DNA from: Clostridia bacterium
Lineage (GTDB): Bacteria > Bacillota > Clostridia > Christensenellales > CAG-917
Length of the DNA: 64,000 nt
Direction: 5' to 3'
Assembly (NCBI GenBank): GCA_017461985.1
Contig: JAFTSA010000007.1
Location: forward strand, 68,431-132,430
The stretch's first letter is position 1; each line of letters starts with the position of its first letter. Made by a program: the position numbers and the translations under genes. This document shows, piece by piece, positions 28,971 to 38,632 of the stretch. The notes under the pieces were generated by a model. The model made no database searches, had not been told where the DNA came from, and saw nothing but the letters and a program-made list of their open reading frames with translations.

Positions 28971-30905
28971 ATGAAACCTACTACAAAAAGATTTTTGATT
29001 ATCGGCGCAGTGGTGGTGCTTGCAATCGTTGCAATCATCTTGGCGTTCAGTTTGACTGGACCCGAAGAAGTGCCGTACCTCAACAGCGACAAGACCAGCG
29101 CCACTCTTGAAGGTATGTACAAGAGTGGCAGGGTTGCCGCTTTCTCAGTTGAAGGAAATTACAAGGTCAAAATTCTGCTCGTCGGCGCAGAAGATTATGA
29201 CTACTATGCACATATCGCATCAAGAACAGCATTTGAACAAACCCTTGCAAAGTGGCAAGAAGAGGGTGCACCCAGTGTGACCGTTGTCTATGACGACCCC
29301 TCATCCAGTGCAAACCTCAGCACCTTTATCGTGCCTATCATTGTACTCATTGTGGGCGGACTTCTCCTTTTGTTCATTATGAAAAGAAGTGCCAACGTCA
29401 ACAACAAGGCAATGGATTTTGGCAAGACAAAGGCAAACAAAATCGCCAACAGCAAAGTGCGTTTCGTTGACGTGGCTGGTGCAGAAGAAGAAAAGCAAGA
29501 GCTCCAAGAGATTGTTGATTTCTTGAAGAATCACAAAAAGTTCACCGAAATCGGCGCAAGAATCCCCAAAGGTGTCCTTCTTGTCGGCCCTCCCGGAACA
29601 GGCAAAACCTTGTTTGCAAAGGCAGTGGCAGGGGAGGCAAACGTGCCTTTCTTCTCAATTTCAGGCTCAGACTTTGTTGAAATGTTCGTAGGTGTGGGCG
29701 CATCACGTGTCCGTGACCTCTTTGACCAAGCCAAAAAGAATATGCCTTGCATCGTCTTCATCGATGAAATCGATGCAGTGGGCCGTCAACGTGGCGCAGG
29801 TCTTGGCGGTGGCAACGATGAAAGAGAACAAACCTTGAACCAACTCCTCGTTCAAATGGACGGCTTTGAGTCAAGTGACAGCATCATCGTCATGGCTGCA
29901 ACCAACCGTGCAGACATCCTCGACCCCGCACTTATGCGTCCGGGCAGATTTGACAGACAAGTTTACGTCAACGTCCCCGACGTCAAGGGCAGAGAAGAAA
30001 TCATGAAGGTGCACTCACGCAATAAACCTCTTGCAAGCGACGTCAACTTCAAAAACGTTGCACGTCTTACAGCAGGCTTCACTGGTGCAGACATTGAAAA
30101 TATGCTCAACGAAGCAGCAATCCTTGCCGCTCGTGAGGATAGAAAGGCAATCAATATGCACGACATCAGTGAGGCAATCAACAAGGTCATCGCAGGCCCT
30201 GCAAAGAAGAGTCGTGTCATCACCGAAACAGACAAGCGCATCACTGCATATCATGAAAGTGGTCACGCAATCATTGCAAAGAGTGTGAAATATTGTGACA
30301 ATGTCCACGAAGTCAGCATCATTCCTCGCGGTCAAGCAGCAGGATACACAATCACCTTGCCCACCAATGATGACAACCATATGACCAAGCAAAAGCTTCT
30401 TGACAACATCACAATGCTGCTCGGTGGCAGAGCCGCAGAAGAAATCGTCATCAAGGATGTTTCAACAGGTGCAAGCAACGATATTCAACGTGCAAGCAAA
30501 CTGGCACGTAAGATGGTCACCGAATGGGGTATGAGTGAAACCCTCGGCACAATGTATCTTGGCGCAAGCGAAGAAGTTTTCCTTGGCAGAGATTATCAAA
30601 CTCAACTGAATTACAGTGACGCTGTTGCTGCAAAGATTGATGAGGAAGTCAAGCGCATCCTTGACGAGCAATATCAAAAGGCTCTTGAAATCCTCAAAGA
30701 GCACCGCAGAGTTATGGACGCAATGGTCAAACTTCTCTACGAGAAGGAAACCATCTACGAAGAAGAAATCGACCTTCTCTTTGATGACCCCGCAACTCCT
30801 GAAATTGAAAGACCTGTCCACCCTGCAATGCAAGAAGACACCCTTCCTGAATTGGCAGTTGAAGATGCAACCGAAGTTGCACCCACTTGCGACAAGGCAG
30901 AATAG
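28971..30905 (+). CDS. ftsH: ATP-dependent zinc metalloprotease FtsH
   Basis: Two N-terminal TM segments, Walker [12 protein letters not shown] region and HESGHAI zinc site. Confidence 0.95.
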   Translation: MKPTTKRFLIIGAVVVLAIVAIILAFSLTGPEEVPYLNSDKTSATLEGMYKSGRVAAFSVEGNYKVKILLVGAEDYDYYAHIASRTAFEQTLAKWQEEGAPSVTVVYDDPSSSANLSTFIVPIIVLIVGGLLLLFIMKRSANVNNKAMDFGKTKANKIANSKVRFVDVAGAEEEKQELQEIVDFLKNHKKFTEIGARIPKGVLLVGPPGTGKTLFAKAVAGEANVPFFSISGSDFVEMFVGVGASRVRDLFDQAKKNMPCIVFIDEIDAVGRQRGAGLGGGNDEREQTLNQLLVQMDGFESSDSIIVMAATNRADILDPALMRPGRFDRQVYVNVPDVKGREEIMKVHSRNKPLASDVNFKNVARLTAGFTGADIENMLNEAAILAAREDRKAINMHDISEAINKVIAGPAKKSRVITETDKRITAYHESGHAIIAKSVKYCDNVHEVSIIPRGQAAGYTITLPTNDDNHMTKQKLLDNITMLLGGRAAEEIVIKDVSTGASNDIQRASKLARKMVTEWGMSETLGTMYLGASEEVFLGRDYQTQLNYSDAVAAKIDEEVKRILDEQYQKALEILKEHRRVMDAMVKLLYEKETIYEEEIDLLFDDPATPEIERPVHPAMQEDTLPELAVEDATEVAPTCDKAE

Positions 30906-30939
30906 TATATAAGGACGGCTCTGCCGTCCTTTCATAGTT

Positions 30940-31644
30940 ATGACAAAGGCGCAACTGAAAAAGAGTTATCTTGAAAAGGTTATGGAAAGTGACCCTGCCG
31001 CAACCAATCGTATTGCGGTGCGCCTTACTTATGCAGGCTACAAGGCACTATGCTCACACATCACCGCCCACAACCTTTGGGAAAAAGGACACAAAACCCT
31101 TGCGCGCATAGTGGCAAACACGTCACGCAGGCATACGGGCGTTGAAATACACCCGGGCGCAAAGATAGGCAAAAGCGTGATGATTGACCACGGTGCAGGT
31201 GTCGTCATAGGTGAAACCGCTGAGGTCGGCGACAACTGCATACTTTATCAAGGTGTCACTTTGGGTGGCACAGGCAAGGACGTAGGCAAGCGTCACCCCA
31301 CCCTTGAAGATGGCGTCATGGTGTCGGCAGGGGCAAAAGTCCTTGGACCTTTGACAATAGGCGCAGGAAGCAAAATCGGCGCAGGCAGTGTGGTGCTGAA
31401 ATCAGTGCCTCCTCACTCCACCGTTGTAGGTGTGCCGGGACGAGTGGTGAAGCAAGCAGGCAAGAGAGTTGCCGACATGGACCAAGTGCTTCTCCCCGAC
31501 CCTATTATGGAGGAATTCAAGCGACTTAATGACCGCATTTATGAGCTTGAAAAGAACGCAGGCATCCGCACTTGCAGATACTCTATAACCCTTGATGAAA
31601 ACAATGTTTCCGTCAATGCTGATGAGTGCAAAAAAGCCGATTAG
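30940..31644 (+). CDS. cysE: Serine O-acetyltransferase
   Basis: Hexapeptide-repeat core GVEIHPGAKIGKSVMIDHGAGVVIGETAEVGDNCILYQGVTLGG. Sits next to cysS as in Bacillus. Confidence 0.88.
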   Translation: MTKAQLKKSYLEKVMESDPAATNRIAVRLTYAGYKALCSHITAHNLWEKGHKTLARIVANTSRRHTGVEIHPGAKIGKSVMIDHGAGVVIGETAEVGDNCILYQGVTLGGTGKDVGKRHPTLEDGVMVSAGAKVLGPLTIGAGSKIGAGSVVLKSVPPHSTVVGVPGRVVKQAGKRVADMDQVLLPDPIMEEFKRLNDRIYELEKNAGIRTCRYSITLDENNVSVNADECKKAD

Positions 31645-31733
31645 AATCACGAAAACAAACAAAAAATACAAACCCGAAAAAGCAAAAGAGAGAGAAGTCA
31701 AGCCTTGCGCTTGACCGCTAAAAGAGGGATTTT

Positions 31734-33149
31734 ATGCTTAGAATTTACAACACAATGACAAGAAAGAAGGAGCAATTTGTTCCTCTAAACGAAGGCAAAG
31801 TGACAATGTACGCCTGCGGTATCACCGTCAGTGGCGAAGCACACATTGGACACGCCTATCAAGCACTGATTTACGACATCATCCGCAAGTATTTGGTGAT
31901 GAGTGGCTATGACGTCACTTACGCACGCAACTACACCGACGTGGACGACAAAATCATTGCCAAATCCCATGAAACAGGTATCCCTGCAGACAAGTATGCA
32001 GAGATGATGATTGCCAAGATTGACCACGAAATGAGAGCACTCCAAGTTGACGATCCCGACGTGTGGTTGAAAGCAACTTGCACTATGGACGGCATCATGG
32101 ACTTCATCGCAAAACTCATTGAAAAGGGACACGCCTACGCAACCAGTGAAGGCGACGTTTATTTTGCAGTTGAAAGTTTCTCTGGATATGGCAAGCTTAG
32201 TGGCAGAAAACTTGAAGACGCCTTTGAAAGTGTCCGCATAGAAAACGAAGACAACAAACAAAATCCTCTGGATTTTGCTTTGTGGAAATCCGCAAAAGAG
32301 GGCGAACCCTATTGGGAATCACCTTGGGGCAAAGGCCGTCCCGGTTGGCATATTGAATGCTCTGCAATGAATATGAAAGCCTTTGGTGAGCAAATCGATA
32401 TCCACGGCGGTGGACGAGACCTCATCTTCCCCCACCACGAAAACGAAATTGCACAAACCGAAGCCCTCACCGGCAAGACTTTTGCAAAATATTGGATTCA
32501 CAACGGACTCATCAAGGTCAACGGACAAAAGATGTCCAAGAGTCTTGGCAACAGCCTTGTGCTTCACGACCTTCTTGAAGCATACCACCCTGAAACCATC
32601 AAGTTTGCACTCCTTCAAACCAACTATCGTGGTGACATCAACGTGACCGACACCCTCTTCCCCGATGCAGAAAAGCATTTGACAGGCTTTTATAAGGTCA
32701 TTGAAAGCGTCTATGCAAAATTTGGCACAGACAATGGTGACACCGACAGTCAAGGCATTGAAGACAGCTTCAAACAATGTATGGACGATGACTTCAACAC
32801 CGCAAAAGCCCTTGCAAACCTCTTCGGCATTTTCAAGAAGATCAAGGCAAAGGTCAACGCCGGCGACAACACCGCAACAGACGACGTTGCAGTGCTGAAA
32901 AAGACCTATGGTCTTCTTGGTTTCTTCCGTGAAGACCCCAAAACATACATCGCAAGAGCAGAGGCAAAGAAGGTTGATGAAACCCCCTCAAACGACGCCC
33001 CCGCCGAAGTTATGGCACTTGTCAACGAAAGGGCAGAAGCCAAGGCAAACAAAAACTGGGCACTTGCCGATGAAATAAGAGCCAAAATCACCGCCCTCGG
33101 CTACTCCGTCAAGGACACCAAAGACGGCGCAGTGGTTGAAAAGCTTTAA
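31734..33149 (+). CDS. cysS: Cysteine--tRNA ligase
   Basis: [15 protein letters not shown] (HIGH) and KMSKSLGN (KMSKS) motifs. Confidence 0.95.
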   Translation: MLRIYNTMTRKKEQFVPLNEGKVTMYACGITVSGEAHIGHAYQALIYDIIRKYLVMSGYDVTYARNYTDVDDKIIAKSHETGIPADKYAEMMIAKIDHEMRALQVDDPDVWLKATCTMDGIMDFIAKLIEKGHAYATSEGDVYFAVESFSGYGKLSGRKLEDAFESVRIENEDNKQNPLDFALWKSAKEGEPYWESPWGKGRPGWHIECSAMNMKAFGEQIDIHGGGRDLIFPHHENEIAQTEALTGKTFAKYWIHNGLIKVNGQKMSKSLGNSLVLHDLLEAYHPETIKFALLQTNYRGDINVTDTLFPDAEKHLTGFYKVIESVYAKFGTDNGDTDSQGIEDSFKQCMDDDFNTAKALANLFGIFKKIKAKVNAGDNTATDDVAVLKKTYGLLGFFREDPKTYIARAEAKKVDETPSNDAPAEVMALVNERAEAKANKNWALADEIRAKITALGYSVKDTKDGAVVEKL

Positions 33150-33225
33150 TCAAAGGCGATGTCCTAACTTGCAAACACAAAATTGGCAAGATAAACATCA
33201 AACTCAAAAACGTAAAAAGGATAAA

Positions 33226-33256
33226 AGAAAAGAGCGACGTTGTCGCTCTTTTTTTG
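33226..33256. terminator. Bidirectional terminator shared by cysS and the convergent small gene
   Basis: AGAGCGAC (33231-33238) pairs with GTCGCTCT (33242-33249), with an A-run before and T7 after. Confidence 0.8.
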
Positions 33257-33260
33257 TAAG

Positions 33261-33401
33261 TTATCTTTCCTTACAGTCACAGCCCTTGCCACAATTCTTT
33301 GTGTTTGCTGTCTTGTTTTTGACGTTTGCTGTGTTCTTTGTTGTTGCCTTTTGGGCTTTGTTTGCATTGTTTGTTGTTTTGTTTTTGGTGTTATTTTCCA
33401 T
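33261..33401 (-). CDS. 46-aa basic Asn/Lys/Thr-rich protein with C-terminal CGKGCDC motif (candidate small spore protein)
   Basis: AAGGAG lies 6 nt before ATG 33401. Sequence: MENNTKNKTTNNANKAQKATTKNTANVKNKTANTKNCGKGCDCKER. A terminator follows directly. The longer 67-aa track ORF has no SD. Confidence 0.5.
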   Translation of the reverse strand: MENNTKNKTTNNANKAQKATTKNTANVKNKTANTKNCGKGCDCKER

Positions 33402-33432
33402 TTTTACTCCTTTGCCCATATTTGAGCAAGAG

Positions 33433-33462
33433 TAGTATTTGCAATCATTTACCATTTTATAC
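33433..33462 (-). promoter_or_regulatory. Forespore (sigma-G/F-like) promoter candidate for the 46-aa gene
   Basis: Minus strand reads GTATA-18 nt-AATACTA, compared with my recollection of the sigma-G consensus GnATR-18-CATnnTA. It sits about 30 nt upstream of the ATG. Confidence 0.3.
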
Positions 33463-33796
33463 ATAAAAACACGCTATTTAGCGCCTAGCAACCGCAAACA
33501 GGCAAAGTACGAACATATCAAGCATATGTCCCCCTTCCTCACGTGTTTCCCCCTTCTGCCATACGGCAGAGCCCTACGGGCAGGGCAACACTCGGCTCTC
33601 GCACATTAAGCGACGTCGCCTCATTATGCCACTCGTAGCGTTGGTGCAAAAAATCACAGCGCACCCGCAACTTCGTACTCTCGTCTGGTGCTCGGCGCTC
33701 CCTTCCTCGTCGCCGCTGCTCCTCGCGTTCCGTCTTCGAAAAAGTGAGTGCTAGTATAAGAACGCAACGAACAAGCAAAGTGCGTATGGCTTCTCA

Positions 33797-33883
33797 CCAC
33801 AACTGCGAACAAAGTGAGCAATATCACTTGCCGTAGGCAAATATAACTGGCGAAGCCAATATAACTGCGAAGCAATATAACTT
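33797..33883. repeat. Intergenic repeat, copy B (87 nt, carries an 18-nt internal duplication)
   Basis: See copy A at 22503-22571. Both copies lie just inside a bidirectional terminator between convergent genes. Confidence 0.85.
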
Positions 33884-33885
33884 AA

Positions 33886-33912
33886 AAAGCACTCCGTGTT
33901 GGAATGCTTTTT
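33886..33912 (-). terminator. Terminator of the ABC exporter gene
   Basis: GCACTCC-gtgtt-GGAATGC (one mismatch) flanked by A and T runs. Confidence 0.55.
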
Positions 33913-33913
33913 G

Positions 33914-35692
33914 TCAATTGCAATCAATCAGTCCGTCTAGGTTGCCGTCTTTGTATTGAGCGTCGTGGAGCTTTTTGTAGATTCCGTCAAGGGCAATGAG
34001 TTCATCGTGTGAGCCACTTTCTTCAATTCTGCCTTTGTTGATGACAACGATCTTGTCTGCGTTACGGATTGTTGACAAGCGGTGTGCAACCACAATTGTC
34101 GTCCTGCCCACGCAGAGGTCGGACAATGCGTTTTGGATGAGGGTTTCGGTTGCGTTGTCGAGGGCAGAGGTGGCTTCGTCAAGGATGAGGATTGAGGGGT
34201 TTTTGAGGAACACTCTTGCAATTGAAAGACGTTGCTTTTGTCCACCTGAAAGTTTGATGCCTCTCTCACCGATTTCGGTGTCGTAGCCCTTTTCAAGGCT
34301 GACGATATAGTCGTGGATATTTGCCTTTTTTGCAGCCTCAACAATTTGTTCCTCGGTGGCGTTGATGTCTCCGTATGCAATGTTGTCACGGAAGGTGCCA
34401 GTGAAGAGAAATACGTCTTGTTGGACGATGCCGATGTTTTGACGGAGTGAGCGGTTGGTGATGTCTTTTATGCTTGTGCCGTCAATTTTGATATCCCCGT
34501 TTTCAACAGGATAGAACTTGGGCACAAGGTGACAGAGTGTTGTCTTACCGCCACCGCTTGCGCCTACGAGAGCATAGGTTTTTCCCTTGGGGATTGTCAA
34601 AGAAATATCGTCAATGACCGTCCTTTCATCATAGCCAAAGGTGACGTTTTCAAAGGCGATTTCTCCCTCAAATCTTTCCACTTCAAGGGCGTCTTCTTTG
34701 TCCTCTTCAACGGGTGTCACCATGATGTCGTCAAAACGCTTAAATCCCGTAATCCCGTCTTGAAGTTGCTCAAAGAAGGTGATTAACGTTTGAATTGGTG
34801 AAATGAACAAATTTATTGACAACATAAATGCAACCAAATCAACGTAGTCAAAGTTGGCGCTGTCATAGATGCAGAAGAGGCCCCCTGCAAGGAGAACGAT
34901 GACGTTATAAACACTTGTCACAAGGTTCATGCTGCTGCTGAAAGTGCCCATTGCTTTGTAGGCTTTTGAGCGTGCTTTCACAAAGCCCATATTGCTCTTT
35001 TCAAAGCGTTCTTGTTCGTGCTCGGCGTTGGCGTATGCCTTTGTGACACGGATGCCTGCAATGCTGTTTTCAAGGCAAGCGTTTATGTTGCCAATTTCTT
35101 CACGGCTCTTTTGGAAAGCCTTTGTCATATTCTTTCTTGATGCCCAAGCAATGAGGATAAGCACGGGCAGGAAAGCGAAGATGATGAGGGCAAGTTTCCA
35201 ACTGATTGTGCAGAGATATATGAAAGCACTCACCGTCATAAATGAGGTGATGAAAAGGTTTTCAGGGCCGTGGTGAGCAAGTTCACTGACGTTGAAAAGG
35301 TCGTTGGTCATACGTGCCATAAGTTGACCTGTTTCGTTGTTGTCGTAGAAGGAATAGGGCAGTTTTTCAAGATGGCTGAAAAGGTCACTGCGCATCTTGG
35401 ACTGCATCTTCACACCCATGACGTGGCCGTAGTAGTTGATGTAATAGTTCATTCCGGCGCGGAGAAAATAGACCGCAAGAAGCACCGCGGACATTATGAG
35501 GATCTCCTTTATCATTCCGTTTGGGATGTAGACGTCAAGGATTTGAGTTGTCATCATAGGGTACAAAAGTCCCACCACAGAAAACACAAAGGAGCAAAGC
35601 ATATCAAGGGCAAAAGTCTTTTTGTGGGGCTTGTAGTACGCAATAAACTTTTTGAACAAACTTTGGTTTTTCTTGTCTAAATTCTTTTTCAT
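33914..35692 (-). CDS. ABC exporter, fused permease/ATPase (MsbA/MdlB type)
   Basis: 592 aa: six-TM N-terminal half, Walker A GASGGGKTT, signature LSGGQKQR, Walker B ILILDEATSALD. No C39 peptidase domain. Confidence 0.9.
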   Translation of the reverse strand: MKKNLDKKNQSLFKKFIAYYKPHKKTFALDMLCSFVFSVVGLLYPMMTTQILDVYIPNGMIKEILIMSAVLLAVYFLRAGMNYYINYYGHVMGVKMQSKMRSDLFSHLEKLPYSFYDNNETGQLMARMTNDLFNVSELAHHGPENLFITSFMTVSAFIYLCTISWKLALIIFAFLPVLILIAWASRKNMTKAFQKSREEIGNINACLENSIAGIRVTKAYANAEHEQERFEKSNMGFVKARSKAYKAMGTFSSSMNLVTSVYNVIVLLAGGLFCIYDSANFDYVDLVAFMLSINLFISPIQTLITFFEQLQDGITGFKRFDDIMVTPVEEDKEDALEVERFEGEIAFENVTFGYDERTVIDDISLTIPKGKTYALVGASGGGKTTLCHLVPKFYPVENGDIKIDGTSIKDITNRSLRQNIGIVQQDVFLFTGTFRDNIAYGDINATEEQIVEAAKKANIHDYIVSLEKGYDTEIGERGIKLSGGQKQRLSIARVFLKNPSILILDEATSALDNATETLIQNALSDLCVGRTTIVVAHRLSTIRNADKIVVINKGRIEESGSHDELIALDGIYKKLHDAQYKDGNLDGLIDCN

Positions 35693-35843
35693 AGTGTCAC
35701 CGCCAAAATTATATCACGGCGCAGTGAATTTTGCACTTGATTTAAGGGCAAAATAAGAGAAAAAAGCAAATAGGGAATTATTGTCAATCGACATATTTGG
35801 TGATATAATATATACACCAAACAGAAATTCCAAGGAGAAAACA

Positions 35844-36995
35844 ATGAAAATCTCAAACGATATTCTTTACGTCGGCGTAAACGACCACGAAATTGACCTT
35901 TTTGAAGGACAATACGTTGTGCCAAACGGCATGGCATACAATTCATACCTCATCGTTGACGAAAAAGTTGCAGTTATGGACTCCGTTGACGCAGGTTTCA
36001 CCGCAGAGTGGCTTGACAATATCGACAAAGCCCTTGACGGCAAAGCACCCGACTATCTCATCGTCCAACATATGGAGCCCGACCACTCAGGCAGTGTGGT
36101 GGCATTTATGGACAAATATCCTAATGCAACCATCGTGTCAAACTCAAAATCCTTTGTGATGATGAAGCAATTTTTCGGCACGGAATTTAGTGAAAGACGT
36201 ATGGCAGTGGGCGAAGGAGACACTCTCACCCTTGGCGCACACACTCTCACCTTTGTCACCGCACCTATGGTGCACTGGCCTGAAGTCATCGTCACTTACG
36301 ACAACAAAGATAAAGTTCTCTTTTCGGCAGACGCTTTTGGCAAATTTGGCGCACTGGACGTTGAAGAAGACTGGGCTTGCGAAGCAAGAAGATATTATTT
36401 CGGCATCGTGGGCAAGTACGGCGTGCAAGTGCAAGGCCTTTTGAAGAAGACTTCCGCCCTTGACGTTCAAACAATCTGCCCCCTCCACGGACCTGTCCTC
36501 ACTGAAAATCTTGAATATCATCTCAACCTCTACAACATCTGGTCATCATTTGGTGTTGAAGCAGAGGGCGTTTTCATCGCATACACCTCTGTCTACGGCA
36601 ACACAAAGAAAGCGGTTGAACTCCTTGCAAACAAGTTGAAGGAATTGGGTTGCCCCAAAGTGTCAACTTGCGACCTTGCAAGAGAAGATATGGCAGAAGC
36701 AGTTGAAGACGCATTCAAGTATGGCAAGCTTATCCTTGCAACCACCACCTACAATGGCGACATATTCCCCTTTATGCGCACATTCATCGATGCTCTCACC
36801 GAAAGAGGCTATCAAAACAGACAAATCGGCTTCATGGAAAACGGCACTTGGGCACCTATGGCAACAAAGATCATGAAGGGCATGCTTGAAGGTGGCAAGA
36901 ACTTGACCTTTGCTGAAACAAATGTCAAAATTAGATCCGCAGTGAACGAAGCAAATCTCACAGAAATTGAAGCACTTGCAAAGGAGTTTATTTGA
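35844..36995 (+). CDS. fprA: FprA-type flavodiiron protein (metallo-beta-lactamase plus flavodoxin domains)
   Basis: Diiron ligand motif [10 protein letters not shown] and a C-terminal flavodoxin-like half. AAGGAG at 35832-35837 before ATG 35844. Confidence 0.88.
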   Translation: MKISNDILYVGVNDHEIDLFEGQYVVPNGMAYNSYLIVDEKVAVMDSVDAGFTAEWLDNIDKALDGKAPDYLIVQHMEPDHSGSVVAFMDKYPNATIVSNSKSFVMMKQFFGTEFSERRMAVGEGDTLTLGAHTLTFVTAPMVHWPEVIVTYDNKDKVLFSADAFGKFGALDVEEDWACEARRYYFGIVGKYGVQVQGLLKKTSALDVQTICPLHGPVLTENLEYHLNLYNIWSSFGVEAEGVFIAYTSVYGNTKKAVELLANKLKELGCPKVSTCDLAREDMAEAVEDAFKYGKLILATTTYNGDIFPFMRTFIDALTERGYQNRQIGFMENGTWAPMATKIMKGMLEGGKNLTFAETNVKIRSAVNEANLTEIEALAKEFI

Positions 36996-36996
36996 T

Positions 36997-37608
36997 ATGG
37001 CAACAGTTGACAACACAGCGCTTTTCAACATTGGCTACGGTCTTTACGTGGTCACCTCCAACGACGGCACAAAGGACAATGGTTTTGTGTGCAACACAGT
37101 GTGCCAAGTGACCAACACTCCAAATAGAGTGGCAGTCACCATCAACAAACAAAACTACTCCCACGACACCATTAAGGCTACTGGCAAGATGAACGTCAAC
37201 TGCCTTTCAACCGAAGCACCTTTCAAGGTGTTTGAGGTGTTTGGTTTCCAAAGTGGCAGAGACGTCAACAAGTTTGAAGGTTGCACCCCTCTCCGCACAG
37301 AAAACGGACTTGTGTGTCTCCCTAGGTACGTCAACGCAGTGATTTCACTTGAAGTGGATGAGTATATTGACCTTGACACCCACGGTATGTTCATCTCAGC
37401 AGTGACAGAAGCACAAAACCTGTCAAAGGTTGAAACAATGACCTACACCTACTATCAATCCAACGTGAAGCCTAAGCCTCAACCTGCCAAGAAAAAGGGT
37501 TGGGTGTGCAAGATTTGCGGATACGTCTATGAAGGCGACCCTATCCCCAGCGACTTCATCTGTCCTCTCTGCAAGCACCCTGCCAGCGACTTTGAGCCTT
37601 TGGATTAA
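36997..37608 (+). CDS. Flavin reductase domain fused to C-terminal rubredoxin (high-molecular-weight rubredoxin type)
   Basis: N-terminal flavin-reductase-like fold ([21 protein letters not shown]). C-terminal rubredoxin [12 protein letters not shown]...FICPLCKHP. The pairing with fprA matches what I recall for Moorella hrb-fprA. Confidence 0.8.
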   Translation: MATVDNTALFNIGYGLYVVTSNDGTKDNGFVCNTVCQVTNTPNRVAVTINKQNYSHDTIKATGKMNVNCLSTEAPFKVFEVFGFQSGRDVNKFEGCTPLRTENGLVCLPRYVNAVISLEVDEYIDLDTHGMFISAVTEAQNLSKVETMTYTYYQSNVKPKPQPAKKKGWVCKICGYVYEGDPIPSDFICPLCKHPASDFEPLD

Positions 37609-37667
37609 ACTGAAAAGGAATATATTTTAATGAATAATATAAAACAATTTAAAATAATATAAACAAT

Positions 37668-37701
37668 ATAAAAAACCGACCACGCAGGTCGGTTTTGTTT
37701 T
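37668..37701. terminator. Bidirectional terminator
   Basis: AACCGACC-acgca-GGTCGGTT with an A-run before and TTTTGTTTT after. Confidence 0.8.
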
Positions 37702-37708
37702 AGATTTC

Positions 37709-38161
37709 TTAGAGGTCCTCGTCCTCGTCTTCTTCGTCTTCGTCGTAGTCGCCTTCTTTAAACTCAACGAAAGATTCATCAAAGTCAAGGTCGTCATTGT
37801 TTTCTTCTTCGTCATCGAAATCTTCTTCGATTTCTTCTTCTTGAAGAGCATTGAGTGAAAGTTCTTCCTCTTCGTCTTCAATGACGTCATCTTCAAAGTC
37901 CCAGTTGTCCTCAGCCTTTTCCTTTTCTTTTTGTTTTTCTCTTTCGTGTCTGCAAGCGGAGCAGATGTCTTCGCCGTCTTCAAGATAGTTTTCCTTGCAG
38001 ATAGGGCAAATGCGTTCACCCAAGATGTTTTCATCTTCGTCGTCTTCGATGAGATGAATCTTGCTTTCTCTGCCGAGTTCTGCTTTGCAGACTTCGCAAA
38101 GGTCTTCTTCAACAGGAATCCAGTTCAGCTCACAACGTTCACATTTTTTATATTTGGCCAT
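37709..38161 (-). CDS. 150-aa protein: N-terminal double CxxC zinc-ribbon pair plus hyper-acidic C-terminal tail
   Basis: ATG 38161 follows GAGGGA. Minus-strand promoter TTGACA (38215-38220)-17-TATTAT (38192-38197). Contains CERC...CEVC and CPIC...CSAC, then ~80 aa dominated by D/E. The upstream part of the 251-aa track ORF is AT-rich promoter sequence. Confidence 0.65.
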   Translation of the reverse strand: MAKYKKCERCELNWIPVEEDLCEVCKAELGRESKIHLIEDDEDENILGERICPICKENYLEDGEDICSACRHEREKQKEKEKAEDNWDFEDDVIEDEEEELSLNALQEEEIEEDFDDEEENNDDLDFDESFVEFKEGDYDEDEEDEDEDL

Positions 38162-38450
38162 AAGTCCCTCGTTTTTTGCAATTTTGCATATATAATATTT
38201 ATATGTTGCGTAGATGTCAACTGTTTTTTCACAAAAAAAACAATATTTATTGTTTATGCAAAAATTTTTCTTAAAACCACCTTCAAAAAAGAAAAAAATA
38301 AATGAAATAAGGGGCGTATTCAGTGAAATAGCAGGATTTACTACGGGAAGAAATGAGCGGAAAATATATTTATTCCCCGACTTTTCACCAATTATTTTGT
38401 TGTGCGAAAAATTGTTGAAAAAAATTATTGAAAATATATGGTGAAAAGGT

Positions 38451-38478
38451 TGAAAATCTATCAAAAAAATGTTAAAAT
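38451..38478 (+). promoter_or_regulatory. Sigma-A-type promoter candidate for spo0A
   Basis: TTGAAA (38451-38456), 16-nt spacer with TG, TAAAAT (38473-38478). This would give a ~150-nt leader. Confidence 0.4.
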
Positions 38479-38632
38479 TTCGTCATTGAAGTTGCTAAAC
38501 TGAATTTTCAAATTGAAATACCCCAAAATACTACAAATTTAGACAAAGAACACGGATTTCCCCCCTTTTCTTTATTTTTTCGCGCGCAAAAAAGGTGATA
38601 TTATGAGTGCACTACCTTTTTCGGAGGATTTT

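Noticed and set aside
30906-30939. Looked for T-box leaders upstream of gltX, cysE/cysS and glnS
   Set aside because: The spacers are 0-90 nt, too short for a T-box, and no AGGGTGGTACCGCG-like T-box sequence is present. Only a simple hairpin (AGGACGG-ctct-CCGTCCT) follows ftsH, and GTCAAGC-cttgc-GCTTGAC lies between cysE and cysS.
33136-33435. Plus-strand Cys/Phe/Val-rich ORFs (99 aa and 61 aa), reminiscent of a Cys-rich peptide
   Set aside because: They are the antisense reading of the low-complexity Asn/Lys/Thr gene, so GTT/TTG repeats translate as C/F/V/L. They run through the cysS terminator and lack an SD. The minus-strand 46-aa ORF has the SD and the terminator.
38334-38360. Possible sigma-H promoter (GCAGGATTT...GAAGAAAT) for spo0A
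   Set aside because: The -35-like word is present, but there is no clean (R)GAAT -10 at the expected 11-12-nt spacing.
38400-38602. Reiterated short words in AT-rich DNA, checked as a possible CRISPR or iteron array
   Set aside because: The units are 7-8 nt with irregular spacing and no spacer-repeat architecture, and there are no cas or rep genes in the window.
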